From positions 1 through 56,997 of the forward strand of contig MFKH01000006.1 in the NCBI GenBank assembly GCA_001779505.1: a stretch of DNA of 56,997 bases, in the 5' to 3' direction. Source of the stretch: Candidatus Jorgensenbacteria bacterium GWA1_54_12. GTDB taxonomy: Bacteria; Patescibacteriota; Minisyncoccia; UBA6257; GWB1-50-10. Positions 16,856 through 27,527 of this stretch are shown piece by piece. Under the pieces are notes generated by a model. That model was not told the origin of the DNA, ran no database searches, and was given only the letters and a program-made list of their open reading frames with translations. The position numbers and the translations under genes were made by a program. Numbering within the stretch: position 1 is the stretch's first letter; each line of letters starts with the position of its first letter.

Positions 16856-16977
16856 ACCTTCACACCTCCATTTGAGTCACGCAGTCAAGGATTCTATTGT
16901 AAAAGAATTTCTGGAGAGAGTCCTTATTTCGTTCTCCAGAACTGTGGTAAAATATAACACAATATTTTGCATTGGCA

Positions 16978-17280
16978 ATGCCCGAAACCAAAAAATTCCA
17001 GCGCGCGAAAGAGGATTTCACCTGCGAGAAGTGCGGCTCGTTCGTAAGGGGTGATGGATACACCAATCATTGTCCGAGGTGCTTGTGGAGCAAGCACGTG
17101 GACGTGAACCCCGGCGACCGCATGGCCCTGTGCGGCGGCATGATGGAACCCATAAGCGTGGAAACGAAAAGCGGGGAATGGATCATCCTTCACCGGTGCA
17201 CCGTCTGCCGCGCGGAGAAGAAAAACAAAGCGTCGAAGGATGATGCCTTCGACGCCCTGGAATCTCTCTTATCGGTATAA
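16978..17280 (+). CDS. RNHCP-domain zinc-ribbon protein
   Basis: FTCEKCG...YTNHCPRCLWSKHVD...CGG...HRCTVC matches the RNHCP-domain pattern. ATG 16978 preferred over TTG 16972. Confidence 0.6.
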   Translation: MPETKKFQRAKEDFTCEKCGSFVRGDGYTNHCPRCLWSKHVDVNPGDRMALCGGMMEPISVETKSGEWIILHRCTVCRAEKKNKASKDDAFDALESLLSV

Positions 17281-17601
17281 CTTCTGGAGCTTCTCCCTCG
17301 TTTCGTGAGCGGAAAGGGTCCGCATGTAATAAAGCTTTGAGCGCCTCAAGCGTTTTGGCACTTCCAAAAACTCAATGCGCGCGATGATAGGGGAGAATAT
17401 CGGGTAAATCTTTTCAACACCGATTCCTTGTATCGCTGTGCGCACCGTGAAAGTTGCCCCTTTTTCTGTGCCGTGCTTCCTAGCAAGAATGATGCCCTCA
17501 AATGGGGTTTGCCGCTCCTTGTCTTTTTCTTGTATCCGCTCCCAAACCCGGACGCGCGCGCCGGGCATGAGCCGTTCAATGTCTTTTTCTTCCAATGCCA
17601 T
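17269..17601 (-). CDS. rplS: 50S ribosomal protein L19
   Basis: PGARVRVWERIQEKDKERQTPFEGIILARKHG...FTVR...GVEKIYPIFSPII..IE is the canonical L19 pattern. Trimmed to ATG 17601. Confidence 0.9.
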   Translation of the reverse strand: MALEEKDIERLMPGARVRVWERIQEKDKERQTPFEGIILARKHGTEKGATFTVRTAIQGIGVEKIYPIFSPIIARIEFLEVPKRLRRSKLYYMRTLSAHETREKLQKLYR

Positions 17602-17634
17602 GAGGGGCAGTATAGAGAAGAATTGCCAATAAAT

Positions 17635-17663
17635 CAATACAAGGTTTCGTAAACCTTGTATTG
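17635..17663. repeat. palindromic repeat copy 1 (core TACAAGGTTT-CGT-AAACCTTGTA)
   Basis: 13-bp stem CAATACAAGGTTT / AAACCTTGTATTG. The same core occurs at 37849-37873 and, inverted, at 47892-47928. Confidence 0.8.
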
Positions 17664-17702
17664 GGGAATTTGGCTAAGATATGATAAACTACCCCTGGAA
17701 AG

Positions 17703-17774
17703 GCCGAGGTAGCTCAGTGGCAGAGCAGCTGTTTTGTAAACAGCAGGTCGTGGGTCCGAATCCCACCCTCGGCT
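17703..17774 (+). tRNA. tRNA-Thr (anticodon TGT)
   Basis: Acceptor GCCGAGG/CCTCGGC, anticodon stem GCTGT/ACAGC with loop TTTGTAA, T-arm GTGGG-TCCGAAT-CCCAC. Confidence 0.85.
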
Positions 17775-17788
17775 CCGTGCTTACAAAC

Positions 17789-17860
17789 GCCGAGATAGCT
17801 CAGTGGTAGAGCAACTCCATGGTAAGGAGTAGGTCCCGGGTTCAAGTCCCGGTCTCGGCT
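17789..17860 (+). tRNA. tRNA-Thr (anticodon GGT)
   Basis: Acceptor GCCGAGA/TCTCGGC, anticodon stem ACTCC/GGAGT with loop ATGGTAA, T-arm CCGGG-TTCAAGT-CCCGG. Confidence 0.85.
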
Positions 17861-17900
17861 CATAAAGACAAATCTCGCGGCGCGTGCTATACTCCTACCC

Positions 17901-19055
17901 ATGAAAAACCTAACGGTTCTCCTCCTTGCCGGTCTTGTGCTTTTCACGCCTCTCGCCGCGTTGGCAGAGACCTCATCCGGTGCCGGGTCGGGCAGTGTTT
18001 CCATATGCCGCATGAGCGACAGCCTTATGGAAGAGTACAACAAGCTCATCCTTGAACTCCGGGAAAAGGGGACTGACACGGTGCGGGCGGAAGAAATAAC
18101 AAGAAAAATAACCTCCCTGAAACAGGAGATTGAAAAACAGAGAGGGGAGTGCACGGAGACGATAGTCCCACAGCAGGTTATGGTTGACAGGCCGACGGTC
18201 ATCTCCGTAAATCGGTGCGGCGAAGTTGCGCAGTGGGAAACAAAAATCGCCTACTACAAAAAGCTCGCTCTGTTGAGCGATGCCGACCTTAAAAACGAAA
18301 GTTTCTCGCGGGAAGACGTTGAAAAAACACTAAGGGAACTCATGGCGGGAGCGGAGAAAGTACGCGCACAGTGCAGTACCCAGAGCAATGCGACAGACGC
18401 ACAGCCCGTCACTGAAACCGTGAAACCGGTGACCGTTGAGTCGGGCGAGGAGATAAGCGCCTACTACAAGGAAAAGCTTGAGAGAGTTGTTTCTGCCAGA
18501 GACGGCGACGAGAAACAAATAGCAGACCTGAAAACATTAAGAAACGAGATAGACGAGCTCATCACGAAACTCATCAAGGGGAAGAAAGAATTTGGAGGGG
18601 ACGAGCTCGGCACGCTTGTCACAGAAGTGAAAGTCAGTAAAGGAGAAATCAAAGCCGATAACGTCGCGGTTGAGGCAACGGGGAAAAAGATATTCACGAA
18701 TATGGGGGGTAGCGCCGTAAGCGTAGAGCCAACCGCAAGCCAGGTTCTTATCTTGGATAAAGGGCTGGAGGTAAACGCGAAAGAAGTAACGATTAAGGAG
18801 AACAAAATAAGCGTGGGCAATATTGAGGTAAAACTGCCGGCGAGCATGGTAGCGGAGAAGCTTAATCTCACGCCGAAATCGGTGGAATTAAGAGAAGAAA
18901 ACGAGAAAGCGATTTACAGCATTAAGGTTGAAGAATCCCGAAAGCTCTTCGGGTTCATTCCGCTCAACATTGAAAAGACCGTGACTGCGGATGCGGGGAA
19001 CGGCGACGAACTGGGGCAGACGCTCCCATGGTACGCATTCTTGACGACGAAATAG
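17901..19055 (+). CDS. secreted coiled-coil protein, function unknown
   Basis: Signal peptide MKNLTVLLLAGLVLFTPLAALA, followed by long E/K-rich heptad-like regions. No recognisable domain. Confidence 0.6.
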   Translation: MKNLTVLLLAGLVLFTPLAALAETSSGAGSGSVSICRMSDSLMEEYNKLILELREKGTDTVRAEEITRKITSLKQEIEKQRGECTETIVPQQVMVDRPTVISVNRCGEVAQWETKIAYYKKLALLSDADLKNESFSREDVEKTLRELMAGAEKVRAQCSTQSNATDAQPVTETVKPVTVESGEEISAYYKEKLERVVSARDGDEKQIADLKTLRNEIDELITKLIKGKKEFGGDELGTLVTEVKVSKGEIKADNVAVEATGKKIFTNMGGSAVSVEPTASQVLILDKGLEVNAKEVTIKENKISVGNIEVKLPASMVAEKLNLTPKSVELREENEKAIYSIKVEESRKLFGFIPLNIEKTVTADAGNGDELGQTLPWYAFLTTK

Positions 19056-19078
19056 GTTAAGGGGTAGCATTGTCCCTT

Positions 19079-19249
19079 ATGGCGAAAAGCAAGGTAAAAG
19101 AGCAGCTGACTCGTTTGGAGTGCAGTGAGTGTAAAAATCGCAACTACTACACCCACAAGAATAAGAAATCTGTGGAGCGCAAGCTTGAGTACAAGAAATT
19201 CTGCAAGTTTTGCAGAAAGCAAACGCTTCATAAAGAAGGGAAAAAGTAG
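19079..19249 (+). CDS. rpmG: 50S ribosomal protein L33
   Basis: 56-aa ORF below the track cutoff: [56 protein letters not shown], with the CxxC...CxxC pattern and the KE.K ending typical of L33. Confidence 0.85.
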   Translation: MAKSKVKEQLTRLECSECKNRNYYTHKNKKSVERKLEYKKFCKFCRKQTLHKEGKK

Positions 19250-19264
19250 TATACTCCGCGAAAG

Positions 19265-19335
19265 GGGAGCTTAGTTAAGTGGCATAACTGCGGTCTCCAA
19301 AACCGCAATCGGGGGTTCGATTCCCTCAGCTCCCG
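19265..19335 (+). tRNA. tRNA-Trp (anticodon CCA)
   Basis: Acceptor GGGAGCT/AGCTCCC, anticodon stem GCGGT/ACCGC with loop CTCCAAA. Confidence 0.8.
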
Positions 19336-19338
19336 CAT

Positions 19339-19422
19339 GCCCGGGTGGCGGAACGGCAGACGCGCGGGACTCAAAATCCCGTGCTCATATAGAGCATGTG
19401 GGTTCGATTCCCACCCCGGGCA
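19339..19422 (+). tRNA. tRNA-Leu (anticodon CAA)
   Basis: Acceptor GCCCGGG/CCCGGGC, anticodon loop CTCAAAA, long variable arm, T-arm GTGGG-TTCGATT-CCCAC. Starts 3 nt after tRNA-Trp. Confidence 0.85.
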
Positions 19423-19448
19423 CAATTCTCTTCCTAAGCACCACTGGG

Positions 19449-19477
19449 TTGGCAAAAAGTTCTTTTTGTGGTATACA
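19449..19477 (+). promoter_or_regulatory. sigma-70-like promoter
   Basis: TTGGCA, 17-nt spacer, TATACA, upstream of the GTG-initiated orphan gene. Confidence 0.4.
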
Positions 19478-19539
19478 GAACATCAGCAATCTGGAGGATT
19501 AAAATCCTTCAGGAATAACAAGAAAGAAAGGAGTACGCA

Positions 19540-19848
19540 GTGAGGACAAAGAGGTCATCCGGCATGTTTGTTTTCGTGATGTTTCTCATCCTCGCCCCCA
19601 TCGGGTGCATGGCAATACTGCTGAATGAGGTAGGGGCTATAGACCTTGACGGTCTTTTTGACTCGCTTGTCCCTCAAGAAGCGAACGGTCCGCAAACGCA
19701 GGTCGCGTATGCCTGGCGCACCGTTCAGCAAGGGGATTCGGGAACCGGGATCGACGACGTCAAACTATTCACTTTCTTCAAGAGAGAAGGTGATGGCAGG
19801 TGGACGACGACCGGTAACGCTCACTATCAGTTCCCTATGTGGTGGTGA
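19540..19848 (+). CDS. small hypothetical membrane/secreted protein
   Basis: GTG start 8 nt after AAAGGAG. N-terminal hydrophobic segment MFVFVMFLILAPIGCMAILL. Confidence 0.5.
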   Translation: MRTKRSSGMFVFVMFLILAPIGCMAILLNEVGAIDLDGLFDSLVPQEANGPQTQVAYAWRTVQQGDSGTGIDDVKLFTFFKREGDGRWTTTGNAHYQFPMWW

Positions 19849-19860
19849 TAGAGAGCGGAA

Positions 19861-19890
19861 GGGCGGCACATAGTGCCGCCCGTATTTTTT
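19861..19890 (+). terminator. intrinsic terminator
   Basis: GGGCGGCAC-ATA-GTGCCGCCC followed by GTATTTTTT. Confidence 0.7.
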
Positions 19891-19916
19891 ATATCCGAAT
19901 ATGCTACGATAAACTC

Positions 19917-20735
19917 ATGGCGCGGGTCATGACGATTTATAACGCCAAGGGCGGCGTGGGAAAAACAACAACCGCAATTAATCTCGCGGCGTATCTCGCG
20001 CTCTTTGGAGAGCGCACGCTCCTTATTGATTTTGACCCGCAATTCAACGCATCCGCCGGAACCGGTTTCACTCCCGTGCCGGGTGCCACGGTGTACGAAG
20101 CGCTCATCGGCTCCGTAGACCCGAAAGACATCATTCAGCAAACGCCGCTCCACAACCTGCACCTCATGCCAGCTTCTGCCGACCTTTCAGGTTCGCTCAT
20201 AGAACTCGTGAACGTTCCGGAGCGCGAGCTCTACATGCGCCGCCTTATAGAAAAGGTGAAGGATGACTACGACTACATTCTCATAGACATGGGGCCGAGC
20301 CTGAACCTCTTGTCCGTGAACGGCCTCATGGCGGCGGACGAAATCATCGTCCCTCTCCAGTGCGAGCAGTTCAGCATAGAGGGGCTTGCACAGCTCTTGG
20401 AAACAATCGGCCTCGTGCAAAACAATCTTGGCCATGGGCTAAAAATCGCCGGGGCGCTCCTCACGATGTACGACGATGCGGACAGTTTCTCGCGCGAAAT
20501 TGCCGGAGAAATCCGCCGCAGGTTTCCATATGCCATTTTCCGCACTTCCATACCAAAGTCGCCGAGCCTGGCCGAAGCACCCCGCTTTCGCCGCCCCGTC
20601 GTTCTCTATGACCCCAAAAGCCCGGGCGCCCAAAGTTATGAGGCGCTCGCCCGCGAGGTCAGGGAACAAAATCAACAGATTATCCACACCGGCCCCTTTG
20701 ACGCGGAGGGAAATGAGCCTACAATAGGTAACTAG
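19917..20735 (+). CDS. parA: chromosome partitioning ATPase ParA/Soj
   Basis: Deviant Walker A NAKGGVGKTTTAINLAA, IDFDPQ, ILIDMGPSL. Trimmed to ATG 19917, downstream of the terminator. Confidence 0.9.
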   Translation: MARVMTIYNAKGGVGKTTTAINLAAYLALFGERTLLIDFDPQFNASAGTGFTPVPGATVYEALIGSVDPKDIIQQTPLHNLHLMPASADLSGSLIELVNVPERELYMRRLIEKVKDDYDYILIDMGPSLNLLSVNGLMAADEIIVPLQCEQFSIEGLAQLLETIGLVQNNLGHGLKIAGALLTMYDDADSFSREIAGEIRRRFPYAIFRTSIPKSPSLAEAPRFRRPVVLYDPKSPGAQSYEALAREVREQNQQIIHTGPFDAEGNEPTIGN

Positions 20736-21030
20736 TCCGTGCGCGACGGTGACTCTCCGCGCTTGTGGCGTGAGCGGTGGCCAACGAACACAAAACAGGC
20801 CCAGGGAGTTCGCTCCGCATCACGGACTCGTGTGCGTACACGTAAACTAAGACAGGGTGGTGTAAGTTCGGTCCCACCATCTGCAACCCGGGAGTTCTTT
20901 AGAATAATTTCCTAAGACACCCGGGGAACATCGCGGATGCCATCGGACAAGCACCCCCTGTTTTAGTTGACAACGTTGTTGTCATTCTGAATGCAGTGAA
21001 GAATCTCCACTTTTGGGATATACTTTTCAT

Positions 21031-21972
21031 ATGACTATCGGAGGCGGACTTTCCGCACTCATCCCGCCGCAGAAAAATAACCCCTCTCCTGCAAAAGTTC
21101 CGGAGACCAGGTTTCCCGAAAAGCGGCCTGTGCAGGGCGAGGGTGGGACGACGCGCCCGCAACCTCGGGAGGATTTTCCAGAAGCAAACCATGAATCCAT
21201 TTTCCAAATTGAAACATCAAAGATTAAACCGAATCCGTATCAGCCCCGCCGCGAATACAACGAAGAAGAACTGAACGAACTTGCGCAATCAATCCGAGAG
21301 TACGGCATCATACAGCCCCTTATCGTTTCACGCGTTGAAACCGAGTCCGAAAAGGGGACTGATGTAGAGTACCAGCTTATCTCCGGCGAAAGGCGCCTGC
21401 GCGCGGCGAAACGCGCCGGCCTTCCCCGGGTGCCCGCCGTCGTGCGCCGCGAGCCGCCGAATCGCGACAAGCTGTCGCTCGCGCTCATAGAAAACCTCCA
21501 GAGGAGCGACTTGAACCCCGTTGAGGCGGCACGAGGATATGCACGCCTGCAAGACGAATTTCAGATTACCCAGAGGGAAATTGCTTCAAAAACCGGGCGG
21601 AGCCGCGCGGCAATCGCGAACGCCCTTCGCCTTTTAAATCTCCCCAGCCACATGCAAAAGGCGATAGAAACAAGTCGCCTGAACGAATCGCAGGGGAGAG
21701 CTCTCCTCAAAGAAACCAATCTCCACCTTCAGGAACAGCTGTTTCAGGCATTTCTTGAAGGCCGCAAAACGCTCCGCGCCCCAAAAGAACCGCACGAGAC
21801 AAAGCGGCACGAAACATTTTGGGAGCGGGAAATTGAAAACCGCCTCGGCGCGCCGGTCAGCATAACGCGTGAGGCGGGAGGGAAAGGGAAAATCACCGTG
21901 CGCTTTTTCTCGGAAGAGGAATGGGAAGCGTTGCGCAGCCGCCTTACTGGCGGCGCCGAAGCGCACTCTTGA
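21031..21972 (+). CDS. parB: chromosome partitioning protein ParB
   Basis: GGGLSALIP N-terminus, PNPYQPRREYNEEELNELAQSIREYGIIQPLIV, ISGERRLRAAKRAG, LIENLQRSDLNPVEAA. ATG 21031 chosen over TTG 21013. Confidence 0.9.
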   Translation: MTIGGGLSALIPPQKNNPSPAKVPETRFPEKRPVQGEGGTTRPQPREDFPEANHESIFQIETSKIKPNPYQPRREYNEEELNELAQSIREYGIIQPLIVSRVETESEKGTDVEYQLISGERRLRAAKRAGLPRVPAVVRREPPNRDKLSLALIENLQRSDLNPVEAARGYARLQDEFQITQREIASKTGRSRAAIANALRLLNLPSHMQKAIETSRLNESQGRALLKETNLHLQEQLFQAFLEGRKTLRAPKEPHETKRHETFWEREIENRLGAPVSITREAGGKGKITVRFFSEEEWEALRSRLTGGAEAHS

Positions 21973-23419
21973 TGTGCGTGCGCGCCATGGACGTTTTCAC
22001 GAACGGAAGCCATGACGCCGACGGCTTCTTGCCGTGCTGAGTCAGTATTTCAATAACGTCTCCTGACATAAGCTCGTGATTCAAAGGAACGAGCTTGCCG
22101 TTCACGCGCGCGCCGGAGCACTCATGCCCGACGCGGGTGTGGACGTGATACGCAAAATCAACCGGCGTCGCTCCCTGCGGAAGGTCAATGACATCGCGCT
22201 TCGGCGTTACGACGAAGATGCGGTCCTTAAGAAAGTCTGTCTTCACAAAACTAAGAAATTCCTCCGGGTCGCGGAAATGCTCCGACCATTCGCGAAGCTT
22301 GCGCACCCAAGTCAGGTCACGGGTCTCGCCGCGGGGTACATGACGTTTGAGATACGCCTTTGACGATTTTGCCTGGCTGTATGCCCAATACGCCGCGGCA
22401 CCAAGCTCCGCTTCTTCGTGCATCTCCCATGTGCGGAACTGGATTTCAATGACCTGATTCTCGGCGCAAAAAACCGTGGTGTGCAAACTGCGGTATCCGT
22501 TCGGCTTCGGGAGCGCGATGTAGTCCTTAAAGCGTCCCGGCAAAGGCGGCCAGTGCGCGTGCACGGCGCCTAAGGCCGCATAACAGTCGGCAACGGTCGG
22601 CACGACGACACGCAGGGCAACCAGGTCATACACGTGGCTTATATCCATATCGTACTTCTTGAGCTTTTTGTAGAGTGACGCGTAGCGCTTGGCACGCGCA
22701 TCAATCGTGAGCGCCGTGACACCCGCGTCCTGAAGCATTTTCTGAAGAATAGGAACCGCGCGCTCGGCATATGCGCGCCGCTCTTCGTACTTAAGAGAAA
22801 TAGCGCCGGTAAGCCACTCATACTCTTTCGGGTGCAGGTAAGGAAAGGCGAGGTCTTCAAGTTCGCCGCTCAAGGAGTGCATGCCTAATCGGTATGCCAG
22901 AGGCGCGTAGATGTCGGTCGTCTCGGCGGCAATGCGAAGCTGTTTTGCGTGCGGCAATGCACCAAGGGTCTGCATGTTGTGCAGGCGGTCGGCGAGTTTT
23001 ATAAACACGACCCGCAGGTCTTCGCTTATCGCAATAATGAATTTGCGCATGTTTTCTGCCTGGCGCGAATTGCCGCCCTTGTCCGGCGAAGCCGGTCTGT
23101 ACTTCACGGCGCTTAGTTTCGTCATTCGCGAAACGAGCGACGCGACGTCTTCTCCAAAAACGCTTTTTACCTCCTGAAGCGTCCGAGGCGTATCTTCAAC
23201 AACATCATGAAGGAGCGCCGCGGCGACGGATGCATCGTCAAATCCCCACATGTGCACGGTGCAGGCAACCTGGAGCGAGTGTGTAATATAATCGTCACCG
23301 TTTTTTCGCGCTACGCCCCGATGGGCGGCTTCGGCAAACTCATATGCCCGCCGCACCACTCCCTCTTTCGGAAATGGGCGGAGCCAGTTGGGCACGTTAT
23401 TGACAGGAGTAGGGGGCAT
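21944..23419 (-). CDS. RelA/SpoT-family (p)ppGpp synthetase/hydrolase (HD + synthetase + TGS, short form)
   Basis: HDVVEDT HD motif, synthetase motif DYIALPKPNGYRSLHTTV, TGS segment IFVVTPKRDVIDLPQGATPVDFAY. At 491 aa it has no long C-terminal regulatory region. Overlaps the parB 3-prime end by 29 nt (convergent). Confidence 0.88.
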   Translation of the reverse strand: MPPTPVNNVPNWLRPFPKEGVVRRAYEFAEAAHRGVARKNGDDYITHSLQVACTVHMWGFDDASVAAALLHDVVEDTPRTLQEVKSVFGEDVASLVSRMTKLSAVKYRPASPDKGGNSRQAENMRKFIIAISEDLRVVFIKLADRLHNMQTLGALPHAKQLRIAAETTDIYAPLAYRLGMHSLSGELEDLAFPYLHPKEYEWLTGAISLKYEERRAYAERAVPILQKMLQDAGVTALTIDARAKRYASLYKKLKKYDMDISHVYDLVALRVVVPTVADCYAALGAVHAHWPPLPGRFKDYIALPKPNGYRSLHTTVFCAENQVIEIQFRTWEMHEEAELGAAAYWAYSQAKSSKAYLKRHVPRGETRDLTWVRKLREWSEHFRDPEEFLSFVKTDFLKDRIFVVTPKRDVIDLPQGATPVDFAYHVHTRVGHECSGARVNGKLVPLNHELMSGDVIEILTQHGKKPSASWLPFVKTSMARTHIKSALRRRQ

Positions 23420-23428
23420 GGGTATAGT
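23400..23428 (+). promoter_or_regulatory. groESL sigma-70 promoter
   Basis: TTGACA (23400-23405), 17-nt spacer, TATAGT (23423-23428). Confidence 0.6.
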
Positions 23429-23434
23429 ACAAAA

Positions 23435-23461
23435 GTAGCACAGAAAGGTCGTCAGTGCTAA
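23435..23461 (+). promoter_or_regulatory. CIRCE-like HrcA operator
   Basis: GTAGCAC-N13-GTGCTAA has the spacing and core of TTAGCACTC-N9-GAGTGCTAA. It sits directly downstream of the -10 and upstream of groES. Confidence 0.7.
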
Positions 23462-23512
23462 TCAGTTCTGCCTGCCGGCAGGCAGGAAAACATATAGTGA
23501 ATTAACCAAACT

Positions 23513-25464
<1,952 letters not shown>

Positions 25465-25475
25465 CAGGGCATCCT

Positions 25476-25514
25476 GATTTCGGAAATCCTTAAGGATTTC
25501 CGAAATCTTTTATT
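25476..25514. terminator. bidirectional terminator between groEL and topA
   Basis: Perfect 32-nt palindrome GATTTCGGAAATCCTT/AAGGATTTCCGAAATC followed by TTTTATT. Confidence 0.7.
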
Positions 25515-27495
25515 GGGCAGTTCCAGTTTCTCCTTCGCTCGCCGTTACTGGCTTTTTCCAGCTGGCGTAATCGCACTTGGGGTAGCGGCTGCAACCATAG
25601 AACATCCGGCCGCGCTTCGTGCGCCGCCGTATGACAAGGCCTTCTCCGCACTTCGGGCATGCGCCGAACGTGTTTGACTCGTCCAAGTACGGTTTGGTGT
25701 TGCGGCACGCGGGGAATCCCGTGCATGCAAGGAACTTTCCGAATCTGCTCGTTTTTACAACCATCGGTTTGCCGCACAGGTCGCACACGACATCCGTCTC
25801 TTTCGGCTTTCCGAAAACGGCGGTTTTCTTTACCTCAACGTATTTCTTCTCCAGGTTCTCGGCAAAGGGAACATAAAACGCGCGCATGACCGCCTGCCAA
25901 GACACCCCGCCCTCGGCAACGCGGTCAAGTTCTTCCTCCATTTCCGCAGTAAAACCGATATCCACGATTTGGGGAAAATGCTCCGTCAAAACCTTGTTTA
26001 CTACTTCACCGATTTCGGTCGGGCGGAAACGCCTGCCGTCATCTTTCTCCACATAGTTGCGCTCCTGAATGACCGAAATAGTCGGCGCATAGGTTGAAGG
26101 GCGGCCAATGCCAAACTCCTCCAGCGTTTTGATTAAGCTCGCCTCGTTATAGCGCGGCGGCGGTTCGGTTTCGTGCTCGTCCGGATGCACTTCCGGAAGG
26201 GGAAGCGCTGTTCCTTCTTTTAGGGCAGGAAGCTCCTGCTCAAGAATATGCTGGGACCAAAGTTTCAAATATCCGTCAAAAAGCATTGTCTTTCCCTGGG
26301 CGCGGGCGAGATATGCTTCACTCTGTCCCGAAGCAGTAATGACGATAGTGCGGTGAGCAAATCGCGCCGGCGGGAGCTGTGACGCAATAAATCGGCGTCG
26401 GATGAGGTCATAAAGTTTCTGTTCGCGCGGCTCAAGTCCCGCCTTGGCGGGATCAAACGAAAGATTCGTTGGGCGAACGGCTTCATGCGCCTCTTGCGCC
26501 AGGCGCGACTTTGTCTTGAACGCGCGCGGAGCAGGAAGAAGATACGCTTCGCCAAGCTCGGCGTGAATCCACGCGCGAGCCATCTCAAGAGACTCATGCG
26601 AAAGGTTTACTGAATCCGTGCGCATATACGTAATAAGTCCACGCTCATAAAGCCCCTGCGCAACACGCATGGTTTGTTTCGCCGAGAAGCGCAGGCGGCG
26701 CGAGGCTTCCTGCTGCAAGGTACTCGTCGTGAAAGGCGGCAGGGGATTGCGCCGCACTTCTTTGTCTTGCACTTCGGTGACGGCATATGATGCGCTTCGC
26801 AGGTCCTTCACTATTTCTTCCACGCGCTCCGGTTCTTTGATGCCTGGTTCGGGCAGAGGCTTTCCGCCGATTTTAAAAAGCTCGGCAGTAAACTCCGAAA
26901 AGAGAAGCGCGATAGTCCAGTACTTCTCCGCCTTGAACGCGCGAATCTCATTCTCACGGTCGGCAATAAGACGCACGGCAACCGATTGAACGCGCCCAGC
27001 CGAAAGATGCGAAGCAACCTTCTTCCAAAGAAAGGGGGATAACTTATACCCGACCAGGCGATCAAGGACACGGCGCGCCTGCTGAGCATCTACCAAACGC
27101 CCGTCAATCTCGCGCGGGTGCTTCAGCGCCTCAGCAATTGCCGGTTTCGTAATCTCATGAAACACAATGCGATCGGCGCGTTTCAAACCCAACGCCTCCG
27201 CCAGGTGCCACGCAATGGCTTCTCCCTCGCGGTCTTCATCAGTTGCGAGTATGACCCTGTCCGCCTTAGAAACGAGGCGCTTCAATTCAGAAACGTGCTT
27301 CCGGGCAGAAGTAGGTATAACGTAACGAGGTTCAAAGTTTCCCTCCACGTCAACACCGAGCTCTCCCTTCGGCAGGTCGCGCACATGCCCATAAGAGGAG
27401 GTGACGGTGAACCCCTTGCCCAAAAACGCCCCGATGGTTTTTGCCTTCGTCGGGGACTCCACGACAACGACCGTTTCCGCACTGCTCTTTTTCAT
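25510..27495 (-). CDS. topA: DNA topoisomerase I
   Basis: Toprim VVVESPTKAKTI, LATDEDREGEAIAW, YMRTDS active-site Tyr region, and two C-terminal Cys4 zinc ribbons. Trimmed to ATG 27495. Confidence 0.93.
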   Translation of the reverse strand: MKKSSAETVVVVESPTKAKTIGAFLGKGFTVTSSYGHVRDLPKGELGVDVEGNFEPRYVIPTSARKHVSELKRLVSKADRVILATDEDREGEAIAWHLAEALGLKRADRIVFHEITKPAIAEALKHPREIDGRLVDAQQARRVLDRLVGYKLSPFLWKKVASHLSAGRVQSVAVRLIADRENEIRAFKAEKYWTIALLFSEFTAELFKIGGKPLPEPGIKEPERVEEIVKDLRSASYAVTEVQDKEVRRNPLPPFTTSTLQQEASRRLRFSAKQTMRVAQGLYERGLITYMRTDSVNLSHESLEMARAWIHAELGEAYLLPAPRAFKTKSRLAQEAHEAVRPTNLSFDPAKAGLEPREQKLYDLIRRRFIASQLPPARFAHRTIVITASGQSEAYLARAQGKTMLFDGYLKLWSQHILEQELPALKEGTALPLPEVHPDEHETEPPPRYNEASLIKTLEEFGIGRPSTYAPTISVIQERNYVEKDDGRRFRPTEIGEVVNKVLTEHFPQIVDIGFTAEMEEELDRVAEGGVSWQAVMRAFYVPFAENLEKKYVEVKKTAVFGKPKETDVVCDLCGKPMVVKTSRFGKFLACTGFPACRNTKPYLDESNTFGACPKCGEGLVIRRRTKRGRMFYGCSRYPKCDYASWKKPVTASEGETGTAQ

Positions 27496-27527
27496 AACGT
27501 GCCCATACGATATAATAATGGGAGAAA

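Noticed and set aside
15210-16975. Classical genomic island, prophage or ICE integrated at tRNA-Leu
   Set aside because: No integrase, excisionase or phage/conjugation genes are present, and there is no distal copy of the tRNA 3-prime end at the right border. Only the low GC and the nearby att-like repeat support lateral origin, so it is reported as an islet and not as a mobile element.
20780-20830. Possible SRP (4.5S) RNA helix-8 motif, CAGG-GAG-UUCG-CUC-CGCA
   Set aside because: The flanking sequence does not fold into the long hairpin expected of a 4.5S RNA (about 70 nt on the 5-prime arm with no matching 3-prime arm), and the conserved GGAA/AGCAG pattern is only approximated. Kept only as something to test with a covariance model.
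20829-20842. parS-like site in the parA-parB spacer
   Set aside because: CGTGTGCGTACACG is an imperfect palindrome with only a half-site resemblance to TGTTTCACGTGAAACA, which is not enough to call a centromere.
23468-23485. 18-nt perfect palindrome CTGCCTGCCGGCAGGCAG in the groES leader, considered as a second operator
   Set aside because: There is no known operator resemblance. It could simply be a leader hairpin. A related GGCAGGC hairpin at 40809-40827 is too short to argue for a shared motif.
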